Shown one piece after another: positions 54,696 through 64,000 of a DNA stretch of 64,000 bases (the first letter of the stretch is position 1; every line of letters begins with the position of its first letter). The notes beneath the pieces were generated by a model that was not told the DNA's origin, did not search any database, and worked only from the letters and a program-made list of their open reading frames with translations. Position numbers and translations under genes: made by a program. Origin of the DNA: Paragordius varius (Eukaryota > Animalia > Nematomorpha). The stretch covers positions 496,001 through 560,000 of the forward strand of contig OZ176060.1 in assembly GCA_964247055.1 (NCBI GenBank), read 5' to 3'.

Positions 54696-54823
54696 TATTA
54701 TAAAATTATGGACAAAATTTTTATTATATCATACGCTTCTGTATTAATATTTGGCCAACAATAAATAAAGTACTATACAGTAAAAATCAAAATAGTACGG
54801 ACAAAACGTAAGCATATATACCA

Positions 54824-54902
54824 TTCCCAGTCAAAACGTTTTCCCAGTCATTCGAAACATTTTCCGAGTCAATCGAAACGTTTTCCCAGTCAATAAAAAC
54901 GG
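54824..54902 (+). repeat. ~21-bp minisatellite, 4 imperfect units
   Basis: TTCCCAGTCAAAACGTT / TTCCCAGTCATTCGAAACATT / TTCCGAGTCAATCGAAACGTT / TTCCCAGTCAATAAAAACGG. Confidence 0.85.
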
Positions 54903-55771
54903 TTGTTTTGATGAATAATATCAAAACAAGATATAAAAACTTTGAACCATTATCAGCAGAATATTAGGATATTATTTTTAATTAAAAACACAATTATTGA
55001 ATGACAATTTTTCCAATTATATTCCAGTACACAATCATTAATGACTTATTCTTCAAAGGTTATATTTTTGTAATTTGCGATGTTTTAAGATAATATTTTA
55101 TATTTTATCGATCGTCCGCATTAATATTTGCGGCCTTAAAATATCTATAGTTACGGAGCAAATAACAAAATTTATAAACTATACCGTTTTTATCTCAAAG
55201 GTCGTTTAACACTTCATATTGGATCTTACACAAATTTTACCCTAATTTTATTATAATTATCATTTGGTCCAACGTGGCCCTCCGAACTGTGTATCTTGAT
55301 ATAGAAAATGCATTTTTAAAATGGTACAACATTCTTATACAATATTTAATGTAAATATTCTGCACACCACTTTTCAAAATATCATACGAAATTTTTAATC
55401 AAAAATCTAATTTCTTAAAACAACGTTTTTGTTAGAGTATTTAAAATTATTAGAGTAAAATTTTGTTTGCTTAATAATAAATTTTAATAAATTGACTAAT
55501 TTCGTATATGCATTTATTTTAAAAAGGTATTTATATGCAAAATGTATAATTTTATTACAAAATATTATTAATATACTGTTACTCATTTTTCTGCCTTTTT
55601 TATGTCATTCATTAAAATAAAATTTAAACTTAAAAAATTTAGCTTTTGCAAGTATTTATAAAGTTTTAATGAAAAATATCAAGTAAATGTATGGATTTTA
55701 TCAGTTAAAATATATATATTATTTCATTATAAATATTTTTAACCACAAATTAATTGAACAACAAAAATTTA

Positions 55772-55875
55772 AATATACAATGAAACGACAGACGATTTCA
55801 TTTCTTAACGGTTTTTTTTAATTGTCTGCTTTTCATTTATTCGAAAAAATATTCAAATATATTTAAAGAATGGGT
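55772..55875 (+). promoter_or_regulatory. Orphan copy of the exon-1/core-promoter element
   Basis: ATGAAACGACAGACGATTTCATTTCTTAACGG...AAAGAATGG|GTAAT (ATG at 55870-55872). Confidence 0.7.
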
Positions 55876-57304
55876 AATTATATTAATAAATATTTTTTTA
55901 AATATATAAAATTTAATTATTTTATTTTAAGTTATTTGTAAAAATTTGATTAACTTTCTTTATTTTACATCACCGGTAACATATAAGCCATCTTTTTTAT
56001 GTTTAGTATTGCTATGAATAATAACCTATTAGTTAATTTAAACAAAACTCCTATTTGATATATCCTTTTTACATATCAAACATTAATTTTTAATTTGTTG
56101 CGAGATAACTTTTGTAAGAAACATTATCAAACAAATTTTGCAAGGATACTTAACTAGTTAATGAACAGAGCCAATATATGGGGAAAGGCTGGATAATAAA
56201 AAATTTTTTTTACAAATTGCGCATTTATGTTTTATTTGCTAATGAGATTGGTTGTATATTGCAAGATTCTTACTACCGAAAATTAAGCCAGATTACATAT
56301 ACATTTTTAAATATAAAACTTCATATAAAACATATTCTATATAATTAAAAAGTAAAATAATCCGACAATTAGGTTTATAAAAGTTATCGATTAAATTCGA
56401 ATAAATTATATGGGTTAATATTTACTCAAAATACTAATCTAATCTTTAGTTAATTGACATTTAGCCCAACAAAAGCGAAAACTAAAACGTTTTATTATAC
56501 AAATATTATTTATTTACTTACCTTTACGAAATATTCTCATATGATTATTCAGATATATGTCATTTTTAATTGCCACATACACTCTTTTATATTTTTTAAA
56601 TTTTTATGATTACATTTATAGTTTTGATTGATTACTGGTCTTTTTTAAAAAGAGTGAAACGTATAAATCACAATTAAATTGAAAATGCGAACGCTGAAAA
56701 ACCATAGAGCCTATTTGTTATATAGATATAAAACTTAGTATATACAGTATCCATTTTATTGTTGGCCACTTCACATTATTTTTAGCCAATTGGCATAGAG
56801 TAACGTGTAAGTAAAAACAACAAACGGTGTGAAATATATATTTTTCCTATACCACAACATTAATTTTGTTTTTTATGGACAAAATTTTTACGCACAAATT
56901 GTAAAATTTATAGAGAATTTATTTGAAACAACCATACATTAATTCTCCTCTAAAACTTATTTGATCGTAAAATACATAATTGATTATTACATTTAACTCT
57001 ATTTTACAATCTGCGGTGTAAACAATAAGTTATAATTTAGAAAATCAAGATGTAAAAGTTATGGTTATTTGTAAGAAATAATATTTGTCCTTATATTTTT
57101 ACATTTTGTCAGTATAATTTCGATTTTTACTGTAATTCTTTTTTATCTACAAAAGAAAACTCCAAAACAAAGCGATCAAATAGCATTTATATTATTAACG
57201 ATGCATTTTGCCATAAACGTCTTCATAAAATAAAAGAATCTCATTAACTTATATTTGCGAAATGGATATTAACAAAATGATATTTAATGCTACATTTAAT
57301 ATAT

Positions 57305-59238
57305 CAAAATTAAGTGTTTAATTATGTACATTTTTAATATGCTTGGCAAGACTGCCTTTTTGAGTAAATTCTTTTTTGCAAATCGGACATTCATATTTAA
57401 TTTTTTTATAAGCAGCTAAATATGTGTTGAACGATAGCATTTTTGATTAAATTCTTTTTTACAAATCGGACATTCATGTTTTATTTTCTCATGAACCGAC
57501 CTAATGTGCCTAGCAAGATTTCTTTTGTTAGAAACCATTTTTGAACAAATTTTGCAGGAATATTTAATTTGTTCATGAACCGAGCGAGTATGTTTGGTCA
57601 AGCCGCTTTTATCCTTATAAATCTTATCACATTGAATACATTGATAATTATGATCCAATTTTAAAGAGTTAATAGGCTTTGTTTTGTTTTCATCAAATAC
57701 ATTGTTAATATCATTTAAGCTTATGTCATTGGAATCAACATTTGAACATACCGAGAAAAATCTTTTGTAATTTTTGGTGATTTTTTTAGAGAAAGATCTA
57801 AAGGTTCCGTTTGTTCTCCTACCAAATCAATAATTAGGGCATCTTTGTTGGTTTCGGTATTTTTAAAATCTAAATTATTTTTTTGTTGAGTATTTTCGCT
57901 TTTATGTTTCCTTAAATAACAAAGGTTATGGAAAGAAGCGTTCAGAATTCTCCGTAAATCATCGTTTGTGAAATCTTCATTTTCCAATAAATCAATAAAA
58001 GATGCCGGTTTATATGGATCATCAATATACGTTTTTTGTTGATTTTTGAGTTCTACTTTATAAATTTTAGTATCGAGATCACACCAAAGTTTGTAGGTCG
58101 AGTCGCCAAAATCTAAAAAAATTGTTTGATTTGATTATAATATTTTATAAATGGTGAGACGAAATGACATGCGTTAAAAAGGGTTTAATAAGTTAACAGA
58201 CATTAATTAAATATCACTGATACAGTAAAAATTGGAATTATACTGACAAAAAGATATATGTTATTTATAAAAAGACAGCTATACTTTTTTAAACATTAAT
58301 TTTTTCAAAATAATTATTTACTTACGTTGTGATATATACAATTGAGTGCATAACCAAACATCTCTATATTATACTTTACAGGTTAAAACATTCAGTTATC
58401 ATTTAAATAAATTTTAAATAGTATAAGAAATTTTTTTATATTTTACGTTTTGTCCGTTTAATTTCAATTTTTACTGTAATATTTGAGAAATTTTGCAAAT
58501 ATAACTTTAACATAAGCAACTGAAAAATAATAATTATCTGTTATTAATATAAGGTTGCCTAAAGTCGCATATGGTAAAATATTTAAAATATGAACCCTAA
58601 CAATGAACTATTTGAAAGATTAATTAATTTTTTAATTATTTAATATTTTTCTTAAAACCGGTGTTATTTTTATTAATTTAAAAAAATAAAATATAACTAG
58701 AATTATTATATAATCAATTTATATAATATTACCAATAAAAACGTATATAAATTTTAATATAAAGTATTTTAGATTTTTAATGATTGGTATTATTGGAGAT
58801 TATAATAATTTTAATTATATAATATTTTTTGATATTATTTCATGAATTTTAAATTAGTTATTGATAACAGTAACTATATATAAAATAAAAAATAATTAAA
58901 AAAATTAAGAATTTCTCTAAAAAATAATCTTATAATACCATAGTTTTTTGAATTTAGTAATAACATACTATGTTAATATTTAAGATAATTTATATTAAAT
59001 TAAATTACAAAAATATAATGCATTAATTGAACAATTTAATTTAATTAATTTATAATATTTTTAAAAATTAGATATATAAATAAGGATAATAAAATTAATA
59101 ATTAATTTATATATATAAATAATAAAATAAAATAAATAAAATATTAAATAAAAATAAAAAAATATATACATGAAATAATTAAAATAATATAATTAAATCA
59201 TATGTATATTTAAATTAAAAAATAAAAAATATACCCAT
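57305..59238 (-). pseudogene. C2H2 zinc-finger family paralog ZF5 (intact N-domain and EPLDLSLKK, ~4 fingers), disrupted distally
   Basis: ATG-G at 59238-59235, GT at 59234, acceptor AG at 58114-58113. Exon 2 is open from DFGDSTYKLW through PLDLS. There is a 1-nt loss at the A-run 57756-57760, and TAG after HI in finger 3 (57416). Confidence 0.88.
58223..58476. mobile_element. Tc1/mariner-pogo-like MITE in the ZF5 intron (254 bp)
   Basis: TA|CAGTAAAAATTGGAATTATACTGACAAAA ... CGTTTTGTCCGTTTAATTTCAATTTTTACTG|TA. Confidence 0.85.
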
Positions 59239-61828
59239 TTTCCAAATATATGTGAATATTTTTTCGAATAAATAAAAAGCAGACAATTAATAAAAACCGT
59301 TTAAAAAGAAATCGTCTGCTCTTTCATTTTATACTTTTTCTATTATTTTGATGGTTTAAAAACTACAATTTTAATTTAATATAAATACTTTATATATATA
59401 AAAATAATTAATTTTCATAACTAATTGTATTATAAAAATACCAACTTATATTTATTAATAATTTTATCAGTTTTTATTAATAAATTGCTTACTTATGTAT
59501 TAAAGATAATTATATTTTATTAAAAAAAATACTTTTTAAATAAAATTTATTTTTTATAATCATTTTTGCGATTCAGATATCACATCTTTTTGAGAAGCAG
59601 TTAATTATTTTAATGACAAAAAAAGCCAGAAAAATGGTTTAGAAAAGTTTATTAAAATTTATTAATCTTAAATACAAAAATCAAATGTTTTTAAACCAAG
59701 AGCGGGAGAGACTATTAATGCGATCAGAGAAAAAGTTGGTATTCATAATTTGCAAAAATATTTTTACACAATTATGGTAAAATTGATATTCTTTGGACAA
59801 TTTTTTACAAAATAGGTGTATATCAAATAGCAAGAACGAGAATGTTAAATTCCGTTTTCTTTTTAAAGTTTTATATTTAAAATCTAATAGATTTTTATGA
59901 ACCGCATATATATTCCAAATGCGGCTCGTCGGATGTAAGCTAAAAATGCGACCCGCAAAGCCATTTGTGCTGAACCCCCCTGCTTTAAACTATTAATTTA
60001 CTTATATATAAAATTATTGAATAAAACCGCTATTTTGAGAATAGAATATTTTTTAACGAAGTTAATTAATAAATTTTTTAGATTATATCGGCAAAATTCA
60101 GGTCTTATATACAATATTTTTGCTTTTTTTTATAAAATGCTAAAAAATCATTGTGCAAAATATATTTCTTAATAAATTAGTGGTGTGTTAGGATTTTTAC
60201 TTTATATAAAGGTTCTAAAAATGCATCTACTGTATCAATCTAATGATTCAAGTAAACATATTTCATATTATTTTAGGTACAAAAAATTCCAAAAATTATT
60301 GCTAAAAATTCGTTTAGGCAAAAATGTAGTCTTTAAGATGACATATTTATTCAAATTTTGTGCGTTATTATGAATCGAGTTTCAGTTTTGTTAGTTTCAT
60401 AGTAAGTTTTGTAAAATTTGAATTAGTTTAGAGATTATTATATATATAAATATTCATACTTAGCCAAAAATTTATATTTAGAAGTTTTAAATAGATATCG
60501 CAATAGTTTGTAAGTATATATATTTATATATTTAACTTTATAAAAGGAAAAAAAGTGAATTAATGCCTTGAAAAGAATAAATATTTATTTAAACACAGTT
60601 ATTTATTTTTACCCCTTATTAAACCAATAACTATTATCAAAAAATATGCCAGCTCTTTAATTAATGTAAAGGTTTACGACATATCTGTTATTTTCAATTT
60701 AAAATACATAAATTTTGAATTATAGCTTTTTTTTGTTATTTGAAAAAATTGTTCAAAATCTGTTACCCGTTTTTTAAAATAATTTTGTGGATAAGCTATA
60801 AACAGGCTTTAAGATATATTAATAAGCCTTTTTCTCTAAATATAATATTGAATCTCACTGTTTAGTTAATTAGAAAAATTCGTTTGCTTTTAAATTTTTG
60901 GGATTATTAAAATTTATTTGAACTTGTACCCAAACAGATTTTTTAATCGAAATTGTAACCTGATACAAACGTTCATCGAATTTTGTAAAAAAAAGTGTTT
61001 TTATAATATCTTAAAACACTTTTATACTATTTCCATCAAATAGTAAAAAGTACGCTTCAACTAATTATGCTAAAAATTAGATTTTTGTTATTAAAAAAAT
61101 ATTTTGAAATGGTATAATCAGCACAGGGATGTCCAAAACAAACAGCCTCGCGGGCCGCATTTCGACTTAAAGAATTCAGCCGGTTGAAAACATATATGGG
61201 TGTTTAGAAATATTTTAATAGTTTTTACACATAAAGCTCTAAATGTAAGCACAATATGATTTTTCTAGTTCTTTGCCAATGGGAATGACTAAGTTACATT
61301 TTTTAACAAATATCAATTTTATTGGGATTTTTTCAGCTTTGTTAGCAAATTATGGATTTCCTAATCATTCGCATGCATGTTGGACAGACCTAATCTCTAT
61401 TAAATATTTTTGCGAAATCTCGGCGGACGAACATGTAGTGTTAAAGGACCAACCTAAAGAGTATAAAAACACTCTTTAAGTGCATATGGTATATTTAAAT
61501 TTAGTTGTGCCAATTTAAAATGGATTTAGGGAAATATTTTGTATAAAAAAAATTTATATTTTCTTATTTATGAGAAAAGCAAAGAGTTATAGAACAAACA
61601 GCCTCTAAAACATACTAGGTATAAGCTTATCGGAAATTAAAGAGTATATTTTTATAAAAAAAATGATAAAGTAACATATTTTTGACCTATTTTTTTCAAG
61701 TAAAACGAATATAAAATCATTTAGCATTTTTTTAATGTTAACAGGCCCGTATAATTACTGCATTTATCTATGACATATTTAATTAAAATTTATATTCTTT
61801 TTACAATAATTGCCTTCATGTCCCTTAC

Positions 61829-62040
61829 CAATGATGTTTGAGGTCCCACTCACTTTGGTAGGAGAAGAATTAACTGGAGAGCTGGATGGATCAACAAACT
61901 TTACAGGAACCGTCTGTTCTTCTACAAAATATATTATCAAAGGGTTTTAATTGGATTTAATAACGTTTTGGTCTTTGCTATTAGGCCTATTAGATATAGT
62001 TGAGAATTTATCTTAAGAGGTTATAAATCATCAGAATAAA
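61829..62040 (-). pseudogene. Divergent exon related to the zinc-finger family linker region
   Basis: Minus frame NPLIIYFVEEQTVPVKFVDPSSSPVNSSPTKVSGTSNII aligns weakly with DTLIIDLVGEQTEPL and ends at G|GTAAG. Homologous DNA at 11960-12060. Confidence 0.4.
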
Positions 62041-62149
62041 ATCATCAATTCAAATGAAATATTAATTATAAAACGATAAAGTATCTATTTTTGGTTAATC
62101 GAACAAGAAACAAGTGAAAAAAAATTATTTTTTTAAAAAATAATAGCAG

Positions 62150-64000
62150 GACCGTATAATTACTGCATTAATTAGATGGCATATTTTTAATACGTTTATT
62201 TTTAAATATTATACTCTTGGCATAAACTAAACTTTATATACTTAAATAAATATTCATTCTTTATCAGGAGTTAATATGCATTTTTTTCACTTTTAAAGGT
62301 AATATATATTTATAATTTTCAATTCTATAAAATAACACCCTCTCCTATGATGCTGTTAAAGTCACCTAGATAAATTTTTGATTATAAATAAATATATCTT
62401 TAAAATCAAACAAAAAATTTTAATTAATTATCCACAAGCTAGGATATTAGCGGCTATGCCCCTTTGTAAGTTATGTGAACTCAATAAAAACTTATTCTCT
62501 CTTTTTGCTTCCTGAAATAATATATAAAAAGGATACAGTAAAAACCGAAATTATACAGACAAACGTTATAATATTAAAGACAAAAATTATTTTCTAAAAG
62601 ACTACCTTACATTTTTTAACCTTAATGTTTTTCATATATAAAGAATATAATTACAATTTAAAAAATATATAATTGATTGTGTCAGAATATAGATATCAAT
62701 TCGATTATATGCAATTAAAAATGATGAATTATATTTACAAATAGAAAAATGAAGCTTAAATATGTATGGTTGTCTTTTGAAAAAAAAATGTCCTTATTTT
62801 GTGCTGTATTAATTATTAAGAGAAATCGTAAACATATAAAGACAAATATATTTTTCTAAAAACATACTTTTTTAAATAAAATTTTTTCGAATAATCATCG
62901 TTTTTGGTTAAAAAATAAGGAAGTTGTAAATCATTAAACCCAATTATATTATAAATTATAACTATACAGTTTTGGGAAAAATTAATGTTATAAAGAATAT
63001 GGTTGTCTTTTAGAAAAAAATAAGGTTGGTTTTATATTTTATGTTTTGTCCGTATATTTTCAATTTTTACTTTATTAAAACTATTTAAATGATATCGAAT
63101 ATCATTTTTTCGTATAAATGTTAGATTGTTTGATTTCCAAACATGTTTCAAAAATCAAAATTTCATATTTATATTTTTTATTTGGTACTATGAGGAGCTA
63201 AATGATTAGAAATTTATAAGAAATTGATAACAATTAATATCTTTTCGCTTAAGTTTCAATAAAAACATAGCTTTTATGAAAATGAAGGTTAAATTTTGTC
63301 TTCTTAATAAAACCTTAATAAATTAACATTTTATCTTTCCTTTTATTTACTATTAAAAAAACCATGTCTTAAAACAACAACAATAACATAAAATAAATTA
63401 AGTAAAAAAAGCAATATAAAGACAAATTATTATGTAAATTATTTAACTACAATTATTAAATATTACGTTGATTACCCAAACATTTAATATTTCATACATT
63501 AAAACAATATTTTGGGTGTTTACCCATTGTAGTACATTAAACATTTTATTATGTAATTAATGCCTATATTATTTTAAAAAAAGTAAAATCGAAAATTATC
63601 CAATTGATGGCTTAATTTTTTTATCGGAGACCAGTTTACTAATTCATTAATAGAGAACGAAATTGTTGATTTCGATTATAAAGAAAAACATGGTGAGGAA
63701 AAGTTTGATATCAATGTGTCTTTAGAATTTTACTTTTTTAAAAAAAATGGAATGCGTTCACAAATAGTGTAGTAATATTTGTCCGATAATGATATATCGC
63801 TTTGGGATACAAAACTACCTCAAATAATTAGTCAATAATAACATAAATATTATTCTCATCTTTTTTAAATAGGAGGGCACTTTACTTATATAATGAAAAC
63901 GGAATTATTCCATTTTTATGATAATATATTTGTTTATTGATATAAAAATTAAAGTATGATTCGATCAAACAGGTGGAAGATTTCACCAAACCTTAGTTAT
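62150..64000. repeat. Segmental duplication: direct paralog of ~47500-49350 and inverted paralog of ~3830-4706 plus 10881-11820
   Basis: Shared blocks such as TTTGGTACTATGAGGAGCTAAATGATTAGAAATTTAT (48523, 63181; reverse complement at ~4590-4625) and GGATATTAGCG.CTATGCCCCT (47801, 62443, 34361; reverse complement at ~11520). Confidence 0.85.
62536..62806. mobile_element. MITE of the TA/CAGT family
   Basis: TA|CAGTAAAAACCGAAATTATACAGACAAACG, with a shortened right end ...GTGCTG|TA. Paralog of 47901-48164. Confidence 0.65.

Noticed and set aside
54837-54850. GTTTTCCCAGTCA matches part of the M13 forward primer (vector contamination?)
   Set aside because: Only 13 nt match, within an imperfect genomic minisatellite, and there is no other lacZ or vector sequence.
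54824-54902. CRISPR-like array
   Set aside because: The units are contiguous with no unique spacers, the context is eukaryotic, and there are no cas genes.
1-64000. tRNA, rRNA or snRNA genes
   Set aside because: No cloverleaf, A/B-box pair or rRNA-like GC-rich segment was seen by eye. Short diverged ncRNAs cannot be excluded without Infernal.

Overview
Very AT-rich (roughly 20% GC by eye) eukaryotic, probably animal, genomic DNA with no housekeeping genes. The window is a birth-and-death cluster of one C2H2 zinc-finger gene family, set in a mosaic of direct and inverted segmental duplications and transposons. There are five near-complete paralogs and several relics. Each paralog has an unrecognised ~70-aa N-terminal domain (MDFGDSTYKLWCDLDTKLY...), a PLDLS CtBP-type motif and 3 to ~8 fingers. 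The ORF track misses the true gene structure: a conserved ~100-bp exon 1 ends in ATG-G|GT and splices over a 0.8-1.4 kb intron to AG|ATTT(C/T)GG, giving Met-Asp-Phe-Gly. All copies as assembled carry a frameshift or stop; the copy at 13116-15232 is one base from intact. Mobile DNA includes: (1) a PIF/Harbinger-type element (4707-10880, AAT TSD); (2) nested in it, a hAT Blackjack-type element (4885-8137, GGTATAGG TSD) carrying a tail-to-tail inverted, deleted copy of its own transposase; (3) a 3'-truncated Ty3/Gypsy (Mag-like) element inserted into a zinc-finger paralog; (4) a 5'-truncated RLE non-LTR fragment; (5) many ~250-bp TA-flanked Tc1/mariner-pogo-like MITEs; and (6) hAT MITEs. Boundaries of degenerate relics are approximate. 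All alignments were done by eye and no database searches were run.
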